64,000 bases of DNA from Nitrospirota bacterium (GTDB taxonomy: Bacteria > Nitrospirota > Thermodesulfovibrionia > UBA6902): assembly GCA_016215115.1 (NCBI GenBank), contig JACRLN010000037.1, positions 30,551 to 94,550 of the forward strand, given 5' to 3'. The position numbers and the translations under genes are program-made. The stretch's first letter is position 1; each line of letters begins with the position of its first letter. The notes under the pieces were generated by a model. That model was not told where the DNA came from, did not search any database, and was given only the letters and a program-made list of their open reading frames with translations. Positions 54,145 to 62,765 of this stretch are shown here, one piece after another.

Positions 54145-56829
54145 TTATATGCTATTCAACGCTGCCGGTATCGTAAAATAAAACGTCGAACCCTTTCCAG
54201 GTTCTGACTCAACCCATATTCGTCCTCCGTGGCGTTCCACTATCTTCTTGCAGATTGCCAGTCCGATTCCCGTTCCGGGATACTTCTCCTTTGTGTGAAG
54301 ACGCTTGAATATGATAAAAATCCTGTCGAAATGTTTCGGGTCGATCCCGATGCCGTTGTCACGAACCTGAATGATCCATTCATTTTCTTTACGTTCGGCG
54401 GAAATACGGATGTGGGGCGTCTCACCGCTGCGGAACTTGATCGCATTGGTGATAAGGTTCTGAAATACCTGGACCATCTGCACTTCGTCCGCATAAACAG
54501 CCGGCAGGTTTTCATATTTTATATCGGCATGGTTTTTATCAATGACTTTCTTGAGATTGATGGTTGCTTTATCAAGTACGGAGTTCAGGTCTGTGAACCC
54601 GAAAGGCTCACCATGTGTCCCAACGCGCGAGTACGTTAGCAGATCATGCAGGAGCGTCTGCATGTGGGATGCTCCATTGACGATAAAGGCAATGAAGTCA
54701 TCAGCGTCCTGGTCCAGCTTATCTTTATAGCGTTTGCTGATAAGCTGCACATAGCTTGAGACCATGCGGAGCGGCTCCTGAAGGTCGTGGGATGCGATAT
54801 AGGCAAATTGTTCCAGCTCCTTGTTGGATCGCTCAAGCTCCTCAATCAGCCGTTCACGTTCTTCCTCTGCCTGCTTTCGCTCGGTAGTATCGCGTATAAT
54901 GGTGGTGAAGAAAATCCCTTCCTTTGTTTCCCATCTTGCAAGGGAAAGTTCAAGGGGAAATTCATTGCCGTCTTTTCTCACCCCTGTTGTTTCCAACCTC
55001 ATCCCGGAAGTTGTCAGCACCCCTTTTGAAACCGCGCGGTCCATTCCCTTTTGATGATATTCTTTGAACCGTTCCGGCACTATGAATGCAAAGGGCTTGC
55101 CTGTTACTTCTTCTGCCATATAACCAAAGATGGTTTCGGCTCCGCTGTTCCAGAAAATAATGTTCCCAAGACTGTCAGCAGATATGATGGCGTCGCTTGC
55201 AGTCTGCGCAACCGAGCGGAACTTTTCTTCGTTGTTTTTCAGTAATTCAAACAGCCTGCTGTTATAAAGGGCGATTGACGCAAGTTCGCCGAATGCGGCA
55301 GACATCCGGGCGTCGTTTTCCGTGAAGCCCCCGGGTTTATTCCCAAGACCGAGAAGCCCGACAGTCTCGCCTTTGATTACTAATGGAGCAAACAAAACAT
55401 TTTCAAGCTTTGTATGCCCTTCAGGCATAAAGCTCATCCACCTGCTGTGAGAAAAATCATTTTCATAAACTGCGTTACCTGTACGGTAAGCCGTTTCACG
55501 CAGTCCCCTGACGGGCATTGCGAGAGACGGGTCTACAGTACAGGGAAGACCTCCGGAGTCTAAAAAAAGAACCTCATTCTCCATCCCATCCTTTGATAAC
55601 AGGGCCACATATCCTGCGGTCGCCCCGATTAAGCTCTTGCATGAACTGAAAATGAGCTGTGCGGTAGCTTTGAATTCATGCTGTTCTATCACCGCACGGG
55701 ATGCCTCAAGAAGCGCTGTAACTTCAGCCTGTCGCTGTCTTGAATCATTGAGCGCGTTTCGAACCGCTTCTTCTGCATGCTTGCGTTCGCTGATGTCGAT
55801 GCAAGTACCGACCCATTCCCGGATACTTCCGTCTTCTTTAAACGCGGGGATGCCCCGGGCCATGAAGTAACGATAAATCCCGTCGTGTCGGCGTATACGA
55901 TATTCGACCTCATAGACGCTTTTTTCCTTAACGGCTTTTCTCCATATCTGTGCGGTGTGCTCAAGGTCCTCAGGGTGAAGAGCTTTTGACCATCCCCAAC
56001 CTTTAATTTCCTCATAGGTCTGGCCGGTATAATTCTTCCAGGAAGGCAAATCTTCCACGACCTCTCCTTCAGCATTTGTAGTCCATCCCAACTCGCCTGT
56101 CACTTCAATATAAAAACGGTAGCGCTCCGAACTTGCGCGCAGCGCCTCCTCCGCCTGCTTTTGCATTGAAATGTCGCTTACCGCCGTCCTGCAGAGAATG
56201 GCCTGGTTGGCGATGCTTTCTACCGTGATGCTTTGCAGGCTGGCATAAAATAACGTACCGTCTTTCCTCTTCAATCTGATCTCGCATGTCTCGGGGATCC
56301 CTGTTTTAAAGATCTTTTCACGGTGATGATAGAAGATATCCTGGTCCTCCCGGTGAATAAAAACGGTAAGGAGCTTTTTTATTAATGAGTTTCTCGAAAT
56401 ACCCAGCATTCCCGCCCCCACAAGGTTTGCTTCGAGAATTACTCCTTTTTCATCGAAGGTAAAGTAGCCGACGGGCGAGAAGTCATAGAGGTCAGCATAC
56501 TTGCTCCGCGAAGCCTCGAGAATGAGCTGTGTCCTGCGCAGTTCTTCATTCTGCATCTCAAGTTCGATCTGATGCGTCCTGAGTTTTTGTATAAGCAGCC
56601 TGATATCCTGCGCGGAGAGTTTGTCCAGTCTCACGGTCTGGTCTTTAAACTTTAATCTGCGCTCAGTGGTATTTTTGAGGTTAGTATTTTTTATCCTGGA
56701 AGCGGATGAGGATTTGATCTTCGTTAGTCTGACTATGCGGGATTCTTGCTGCTTTCCGGTTTTTTTCTTTAAATTATTTTGTTTTTCAGCCATCAGTTCC
56801 TCAGTCAATACTGAATTAATTGAAGGCAT
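54145..56829 (-). CDS. Multi-PAS/GAF sensor histidine kinase (phytochrome-type HK module)
   Basis: 894 aa; coiled coil, several PAS-like repeats, a GAF-like segment; H-box ASHDLQEPLR; HATPase (GTGIGLAICKKIV). Confidence 0.9.
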   Translation of the reverse strand: MPSINSVLTEELMAEKQNNLKKKTGKQQESRIVRLTKIKSSSASRIKNTNLKNTTERRLKFKDQTVRLDKLSAQDIRLLIQKLRTHQIELEMQNEELRRTQLILEASRSKYADLYDFSPVGYFTFDEKGVILEANLVGAGMLGISRNSLIKKLLTVFIHREDQDIFYHHREKIFKTGIPETCEIRLKRKDGTLFYASLQSITVESIANQAILCRTAVSDISMQKQAEEALRASSERYRFYIEVTGELGWTTNAEGEVVEDLPSWKNYTGQTYEEIKGWGWSKALHPEDLEHTAQIWRKAVKEKSVYEVEYRIRRHDGIYRYFMARGIPAFKEDGSIREWVGTCIDISERKHAEEAVRNALNDSRQRQAEVTALLEASRAVIEQHEFKATAQLIFSSCKSLIGATAGYVALLSKDGMENEVLFLDSGGLPCTVDPSLAMPVRGLRETAYRTGNAVYENDFSHSRWMSFMPEGHTKLENVLFAPLVIKGETVGLLGLGNKPGGFTENDARMSAAFGELASIALYNSRLFELLKNNEEKFRSVAQTASDAIISADSLGNIIFWNSGAETIFGYMAEEVTGKPFAFIVPERFKEYHQKGMDRAVSKGVLTTSGMRLETTGVRKDGNEFPLELSLARWETKEGIFFTTIIRDTTERKQAEEERERLIEELERSNKELEQFAYIASHDLQEPLRMVSSYVQLISKRYKDKLDQDADDFIAFIVNGASHMQTLLHDLLTYSRVGTHGEPFGFTDLNSVLDKATINLKKVIDKNHADIKYENLPAVYADEVQMVQVFQNLITNAIKFRSGETPHIRISAERKENEWIIQVRDNGIGIDPKHFDRIFIIFKRLHTKEKYPGTGIGLAICKKIVERHGGRIWVESEPGKGSTFYFTIPAALNSI

Positions 56830-57015
56830 AATTCATGAAAATATAAAAATATGTTTTAAGAGATTATGGTTTTTATAAAAATCAAAATTGACTTTTTGTA
56901 GTTTTTCCAACAAAACCGGAATTTCTTTAATATACCACAAGATAAGCTAAATATGTTACAGAAAATGAATTTGGATATTATATTTCTTTTCACAGACTGC
57001 TATAATTAAAACATC

Positions 57016-58392
57016 ATGGTGTTTAAAATATTTAAAAAGAAAAACGAAGAGACGTTCCCCCTTCCCGGCAGGGTTTCAACTGATAAAGAGGAGCTTTTTT
57101 GCTATGGCTTTGATTCCTCTTCAATACAGGGTGAACCTTCTGCGGTTGTAAAACCTGTAAGTACTGACGAGGTCTCACAGATGGTTGCATTTGCCAACAA
57201 ACAAAGAACACCGATAGTCGCGCGCGGCGCCGGGACGGGCATGACAGGCGGCGCTGTGCCGGTGAAAGATGCAATTATACTGTCTCTCGACAGCATGAAC
57301 AAAATTCTTGAAATTGATGAAAGAAATATGATCGCTGTTGTCGAGCCGGGCGTAATCAATGGTCATCTGCAGGAGCAGCTTGAAGCAAAGGGACTTTTTT
57401 ATCCGCCCGACCCGTCAAGCATGAACTACTGTACTCTCGGAGGAAACGTCGCTGAAAACGCCGGCGGTCCGAGGGCCATAAAGTATGGGGTGACAAGGGA
57501 TTATGTGCTTGGACTTGAAGTAGTTCTTCCCGACGGCAGGGTAATGATGACAGGAGGGAAGACATATAAGAACGTAGTTGGATATGATTTGACACGGCTT
57601 ATCGTAGGTTCAGAAGGGACCTTATGTGTTGTAACAAAAATATTTTTGAAGGTGTTGCCTCTTCCCGCGGAAACAATGACTCTCTTATGCACATATTCAG
57701 AAATAAATGATGCGGCTTTAACAGTTTCTAAGATTACTTCTTCAGGAATAATTCCGAGAGTTCTTGAATTTATGGATAATGAGTCGGTAAGAGCAGTAGA
57801 AAATTACAGACAATTCGGATTGCCGACAGATGCTGAAGCGTTGTTACTAATTGAAGTGGACGGCTCGCGCGCTTCGGTCTCTGAAGAAGCTGATAAAATT
57901 GTTTCCATATGCACTTCACTGAACGCCAGAGTCCGTATTGCTGAGGACATGTTTGCAAAAAAGCGTATATGGGAGGCGAGGAGGGCGATATCACCTGCGC
58001 TTTACCGTATTAAACCTACAAAGATAAATGAAGACATCGTTGTTCCCAGAGGAAGAATTCCGGAGATGCTGCAGGCGTTAAAAGAAATTTCAGAAAAATA
58101 TAATCTTAAAATAGTAAACTTTGGTCACGCAGGAGACGGGAATATTCATGTAAACGTCATGACCGATAAAAATGATAAAGGGGAGTATGAACGGGCAAAA
58201 AATTCTGTTAAAGATATTTTTCAAGCCACCCTCAAGCTGGAAGGCACCATATCGGGGGAGCATGGAGTGGGACTTACCAAGAAACAATATGTGGGCATGG
58301 AACTTTCGGATACAAGCATTGAAATAATGAAGGCGATCAAGAATGTTTTTGATCCGAACGGGATAATGAATCCGGGGAAGATGTTTCCTTAA
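57016..58392 (+). CDS. FAD-linked oxidase (GlcD / D-lactate dehydrogenase family)
   Basis: 458 aa; FAD-binding PCMH-type region (PIVARGAGTGMTGGAVP), C-terminal GTISGEHGVGL. Confidence 0.85.
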   Translation: MVFKIFKKKNEETFPLPGRVSTDKEELFCYGFDSSSIQGEPSAVVKPVSTDEVSQMVAFANKQRTPIVARGAGTGMTGGAVPVKDAIILSLDSMNKILEIDERNMIAVVEPGVINGHLQEQLEAKGLFYPPDPSSMNYCTLGGNVAENAGGPRAIKYGVTRDYVLGLEVVLPDGRVMMTGGKTYKNVVGYDLTRLIVGSEGTLCVVTKIFLKVLPLPAETMTLLCTYSEINDAALTVSKITSSGIIPRVLEFMDNESVRAVENYRQFGLPTDAEALLLIEVDGSRASVSEEADKIVSICTSLNARVRIAEDMFAKKRIWEARRAISPALYRIKPTKINEDIVVPRGRIPEMLQALKEISEKYNLKIVNFGHAGDGNIHVNVMTDKNDKGEYERAKNSVKDIFQATLKLEGTISGEHGVGLTKKQYVGMELSDTSIEIMKAIKNVFDPNGIMNPGKMFP

Positions 58393-58557
58393 GATTGACA
58401 ATAATAAGAAGAAAGTATAAATTAAAACATTCAGAAAAAATCAATAAAAGGGATGGTTCCTCGTCTTTCGATTTAAAATCATAATAATAACTTTATTGTG
58501 TTGCAAGACCATCGAATTTTTGATAAAAAATATTAAAAATACAGGAGAGTGAATGAT

Positions 58558-59016
58558 ATGAAAGTTATTTTAAAAGAAGATGTAAAAAACCTTGGTACAA
58601 TAGGCAGCGTTGTGGACGTTGCAAACGGTTACGGGAGGAATTATCTTTTACCGAGGAATCTTGCCGTAGAGGCAAACTCCAATAATATAAGACAATTTGA
58701 GCACCAGAAAAATATCATCCTCGTTAAGGCCAAAAAGATAATCAGGTCTGCGGAGGACCTGGCAAAGCAGGTCTCAGGTATAACTTTAAGCATAGAAGCT
58801 CAAAGCGGTGAAGATGATAAATTGTTTGGTTCTGTAACTTCAATGGATATTGCAGAAGCCCTTTCAAAAAAGGGGATAGACATCGATAAACGCAAAATCA
58901 ACCTCGAAGAGCCTATCAAGAGACTCGGTACTTACAGCGTGGCCGTCAAGATCCATCAGGATGTTTCGGCAAATGTGACTGTGGAAGTCAAAAAAGCCGG
59001 TTCAGCAGAAGCATAG
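58558..59016 (+). CDS. rplI: 50S ribosomal protein L9
   Basis: MKVILKEDVKNLGTIGSVVDVANGYGRNYLLPRNLA; SD AGGAGA 10 nt upstream of ATG 58558 (the ORF-track GTG 58549 abuts the SD). Confidence 0.95.
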   Translation: MKVILKEDVKNLGTIGSVVDVANGYGRNYLLPRNLAVEANSNNIRQFEHQKNIILVKAKKIIRSAEDLAKQVSGITLSIEAQSGEDDKLFGSVTSMDIAEALSKKGIDIDKRKINLEEPIKRLGTYSVAVKIHQDVSANVTVEVKKAGSAEA

Positions 59017-59025
59017 GAGTTTCAA

Positions 59026-60414
59026 ATGCTTGAACATGTCCGTCATGACAGCGGGTCGGTTGGTGGCGCAAAAAGGCCTGCAACCGACTATGACCGTTTG
59101 CCGCCTCAAAATATCGAAGCTGAACAGTCTGTTCTTGGAGCCGTCCTGCTTGACAATGAAGCCATTGCTACAGTTATTGAACAACTCACACCAAATGATT
59201 TTTACAAAGATTCCCACAAAAAAATATTCATCGCGATGCTTGAACTGTATGAAAAGAACGAGCCGATTGACCTGATAACCCTTACTGAACAGTTGAGCAG
59301 AAAAGAACAGATTGAAGAGATAGGCGGGGCCTCATATCTCAGTTCAATTGTAAATTTAGTGCCTACATCGGCAAATGCCCGTTATCATGCAAAAATAGTA
59401 AAAGAAAAAGCCATCCTCAGAAACCTCATCACAACCTCTGCAGAGATTATAACTACATGTTACGATGCCGAGGGGGATGTCCATGAACTATTAGACAGCG
59501 CTGAAACGAAAATCTTCAACATCTCTGAAAAAATGGTAAGGAGTTCATATGTACATGTGAAGAATATTTTAAAAGATACTATCGAACTTGTGGACCGGCT
59601 CTATAACAAGAAAGAACTTATAACCGGTCTTCCCTCAGGCTTCATGGATCTTGATGAAGCGACTACGGGCTTTCATAAAGGCGACCTGATAGTGATCGGA
59701 GCAAGACCGGGCATGGGCAAGACCGCTTTCTGCCTGAATATTGTCACGAATATCGGACTCGAAGTTAAAGTGCCGATAGGCGTTTTCAGTCTCGAAATGA
59801 CAAAAGAGCAGATTGTCCTGAGGATGCTATGCTCCGAGGCTGAGGTTGATTCAAAAGCTGTGCGTTCAGGATATCACAGCAAGGAAGACTACAGGAAACT
59901 TGTAAATGCAGCCGGCAGGCTGGCTGATGCCCCGATTTATATTGATGATACATTCAATTCCATTCTCGATATCAGGGCCAAGTCAAGACGTCTGAAGGCG
60001 GAACATGGGTTAGGACTTATTGTTGTTGATTACCTGCAGCTTATGAGCGGCGTGAATACATTTGCTGCAAGGGAACAGGTAATATCTGATATATCACGCT
60101 CCTTAAAGGCGCTTGCAAAGGATTTGGAAGTGCCGGTCATTGTCATCAGCCAGCTTAACAGAAGCTGTGAACAGAGAGGGGAAAATAAACGACCGATAAT
60201 TGCTGATCTGAGAGAATCCGGAGCTATTGAGCAGGATGCGGACATAATATTATTTCTTTACAGAGATGACTATTATAAAACAAAAGACGCCAGGGAAGGC
60301 GTGGCCGAACTGAATATTGCCAAACAGAGGAACGGGCCTATCAAGACTATTGAACTTGCTTTTACTGACAAATATACCAAGTTTAAAAATTTGTCTCATG
60401 TTGAAGAATATTAG
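59026..60414 (+). CDS. dnaB: Replicative DNA helicase DnaB
   Basis: 462 aa; PPQNIEAEQSVLGAVLL; Walker A GARPGMGKTAF; conserved rplI-dnaB neighbourhood. Confidence 0.95.
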   Translation: MLEHVRHDSGSVGGAKRPATDYDRLPPQNIEAEQSVLGAVLLDNEAIATVIEQLTPNDFYKDSHKKIFIAMLELYEKNEPIDLITLTEQLSRKEQIEEIGGASYLSSIVNLVPTSANARYHAKIVKEKAILRNLITTSAEIITTCYDAEGDVHELLDSAETKIFNISEKMVRSSYVHVKNILKDTIELVDRLYNKKELITGLPSGFMDLDEATTGFHKGDLIVIGARPGMGKTAFCLNIVTNIGLEVKVPIGVFSLEMTKEQIVLRMLCSEAEVDSKAVRSGYHSKEDYRKLVNAAGRLADAPIYIDDTFNSILDIRAKSRRLKAEHGLGLIVVDYLQLMSGVNTFAAREQVISDISRSLKALAKDLEVPVIVISQLNRSCEQRGENKRPIIADLRESGAIEQDADIILFLYRDDYYKTKDAREGVAELNIAKQRNGPIKTIELAFTDKYTKFKNLSHVEEY

Positions 60415-60430
60415 AACCAAAAAAATTGTT

Positions 60431-60606
60431 TCACCACAGAGGGCACAGAGAAAGATGATGAAATAAAAGAAAAGATTTCTCCTTTTGCACTCGTGAGCGA
60501 AGACAATAAACTATTTTTTTACAAATTTAATTTATGACAACACAGAACAACATTTAAATGGTCAAGTTTTTGATCTGTGAATTTTTTCTCTGTGATCTCT
60601 GTGGTT
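60431..60606. repeat. MITE family B copy B4
   Basis: caccacagagggcacagagaaag ... ttctctgtgatctctgtggtt. Confidence 0.8.
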
Positions 60607-60626
60607 ATAATTTTTTCTAAAGAACC

Positions 60627-61430
60627 ATGAAAAGGAAACCGGCAGTTTCAGGGCAATTTTATCCATCTTCCCCTTCCGGTCTTACAGAGCAGGTCCGGGG
60701 ATATATTCATAAAGATGCCTTAAAAGAGGAAGTAATCGGCGTTGTTTCACCTCATGCCGGACTTATGTATTCAGGAGCAGTTGCCGGAGCTGTTTTTTCG
60801 AAGATAAAATTCCCTCATACTTTTATTCTTATTGGCCCCAATCATACAGGCTTTGGAAGCCCTGTTTCAATAATGTTATCAGGTGAATGGCTGATGCCTA
60901 CCGGTGAATTAAAGATAAATGAAGATCTCGCAAGAAAAGTAAAAAAGAAGTCTGACATTATCGAGGAAGACACCCTTGCTCATACAATGGAACATTCACT
61001 TGAGGTACAACTGCCTTTTATTCTTTATTATTCGTCTGATGTAAAAATTGTTCCGGTTGTCATGATGGGTGAATCCCTTGAGACCTGCAGGTGGACCGGT
61101 GAAGCTATTGCAGATGCAATTAAGGAATCAGGAGATTCTGTTTCTATAGTCGCAAGTTCTGATATGAGCCATTATGTAACTGATTCGACGGCGCGTTCAA
61201 AAGATAAGAAAGCGATAGACAAAATATTAGCCCTTGATCCTGAAGGACTTTATAACACAGTCAGAAAAGAAGGCATAAGCATGTGCGGATTTATGCCTGT
61301 AACCACTATGCTCTTTGCTGCAAAGAAATTAGGGGCCCGGAAGGCTGAACTTGTTAAATACGTGACATCCGGAGAAGTTAGCGGAGATTATGACTATGTC
61401 GTTGGTTACGCGGGACTGATAGTAAAGTAA
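60627..61430 (+). CDS. AmmeMemoRadiSam system protein B (Memo-like)
   Basis: 267 aa; PAVSGQFYP, VVSPHAGLMYSG, GPNHTG, SSDMSHY motifs of the MEMO1 family. Confidence 0.85.
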   Translation: MKRKPAVSGQFYPSSPSGLTEQVRGYIHKDALKEEVIGVVSPHAGLMYSGAVAGAVFSKIKFPHTFILIGPNHTGFGSPVSIMLSGEWLMPTGELKINEDLARKVKKKSDIIEEDTLAHTMEHSLEVQLPFILYYSSDVKIVPVVMMGESLETCRWTGEAIADAIKESGDSVSIVASSDMSHYVTDSTARSKDKKAIDKILALDPEGLYNTVRKEGISMCGFMPVTTMLFAAKKLGARKAELVKYVTSGEVSGDYDYVVGYAGLIVK

Positions 61431-61441
61431 ATTGTATATAC

Positions 61442-61588
61442 GTAACCATTCAGTAAAGAGCGAATATTATCCCCCCCTTTGGCAAAGGGGGGCTAAGGGG
61501 GATTTTGAAAATTATTCTATAAAATCTCCCCTAACCCCTCTTTTTCAAAGAGGGGATTCATTCAATCCCTGTATAACTGAATAGTTAC
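61442..61588. repeat. MITE family C copy C3 (complete; termini GTAACCATTCAGT / ACTGAATAGTTAC)
   Basis: ccccccctttggcaaagggggg, ataaaatctcccctaacccctctttttcaaagagggg, ttcattcaatccc; aligns with 38288-38408. Confidence 0.85.
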
Positions 61589-61678
61589 TATTCCCCATAA
61601 AAAATTGTTCCACTTTTATTGCCTGATTTGCTATACTCTGACATCTATTTTTATAAAGACTTTTTAAGGGGGATTATT

Positions 61679-61999
61679 ATGGAAAGAAGACAGGCCAGGA
61701 GAGTAACGGTTAATTTAAAGGCGGAACGTATATCATGTACCAAAGACTGCTCGGTTTTTATTGAGAACCTTTCGGAAAGCGGAATATACATGACAACAGC
61801 CCCGGCAAAGAGCAACGAATATGTTCCGGGTACAGAACTTGATCTGGAACTTGAGCTTAACACCGGGAAAATAATAAACCTTAACTGCCATGTTAAATGG
61901 GCCTTTGATAATTCTCCTGATGATATTACAAAAAGTGTCGGACTGGAAATTGTTGACCCGCCGTCAGAATATAAAGAATTTGTAAAAAGCCTCCATTAA
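61679..61999 (+). CDS. PilZ-domain protein
   Basis: ~106 aa from ATG 61679; RRQARR (RxxxR) and NLSESG (D/NxSxxG) c-di-GMP-binding motifs. Confidence 0.75.
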   Translation: MERRQARRVTVNLKAERISCTKDCSVFIENLSESGIYMTTAPAKSNEYVPGTELDLELELNTGKIINLNCHVKWAFDNSPDDITKSVGLEIVDPPSEYKEFVKSLH

Positions 62000-62098
62000 G
62001 TTTACGACTGACATCAGTTTTTTTAGATTTAAAATTCTTATAAATGCTAAAATGGACATAAACCCCTTTCTTTAAGTAAGTTATAAGAGACTTGATTT

Positions 62099-62425
62099 AT
62101 GGAAAGAAGAACTTATGAGAGATTGTCTGCGAAATTACAGGCAAAATTGTTCTATGCAAACACTACTTATACAGGAACAGTTTCCAATCTCTCTGAAAGC
62201 GGCATGTTTATTTGTACAAAGATAAACTTTCCAATTGATTCAATGTTTGCAATAGCGCTTCTCCAAAACGGACAATCTTTTAAAATCACGATACAGGTAA
62301 AGAGAACGGCAAAGACATGCAGCCATTACCCTGATATTGAGGAAGATGGAATCGGTGTCGTGCTTTTAGATCCCCCGCATAACTATCTGGAATTTGTGGG
62401 CAAATGCAGGACGTCCCATGATTAA
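62099..62425 (+). CDS. PilZ-domain protein (paralogue)
   Basis: 108 aa; ERRTYER and NLSESGMF motifs; C-terminal LLDPPHNYLEFV parallels IVDPPSEYKEFV of the neighbour. Confidence 0.75.
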   Translation: MERRTYERLSAKLQAKLFYANTTYTGTVSNLSESGMFICTKINFPIDSMFAIALLQNGQSFKITIQVKRTAKTCSHYPDIEEDGIGVVLLDPPHNYLEFVGKCRTSHD

Positions 62426-62510
62426 TCGATGTCCGGCTAAAAAATTGCAATTGAAAAAGAACATTTCAAGCAACCTTTCAGTTAAGGGTTGCAATAATTG
62501 TTTAAAGCGT

Positions 62511-62587
62511 GTCATCCCCGCAGTCCTTTGAGCGGGGATCCAGTTCTCTGGTTTCTGGATTCCCGCTTAACAGGTCGCGGGAATGAC
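62511..62587. repeat. MITE family A copy A13
   Basis: gtcatccccgcagtcctttgagcggggatccag...ctggattcccgcttaacaggtcgcgggaatgac; flanked by small aagggtt/aaccctt hairpins (62470-62492, 62619-62645). Confidence 0.85.
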
Positions 62588-62727
62588 AATCCAAATAGTT
62601 TTTTGTCACCCATAACTGAAGGGTTACCATTTCAAACAACCCTTTTCTATAATTTCCCTGTTATGTTATAGTTTAAAATTCCAGCGATATAGTTACGATA
62701 TCGCAAATGTTGTGAAAAAACCATCTC

Positions 62728-62756
62728 GTAAGGGCGAGGCGGCGCCTCGCCCCTAC
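62728..62756. repeat. 29-bp imperfect palindrome (GTA(A/G)GGGC..GCCCCTAC family) just upstream of mutS
   Basis: gtaagggcgaggcggcgcctcgcccctac, 10 nt before the mutS ATG. Confidence 0.8.
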
Positions 62757-62765
62757 ATTAAATAT

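Noticed and set aside
5876-62587. Possibility that the recurring GTCATTCCCGC/GCGGGAATCCAG hairpins are a CRISPR array or arrays
   Set aside because: Copies are irregularly spaced, kilobases apart, and occur in both orientations. They differ in internal sequence, have terminal inverted repeats and are not separated by uniform spacers. No cas genes are present. They are MITE/REP-like elements.
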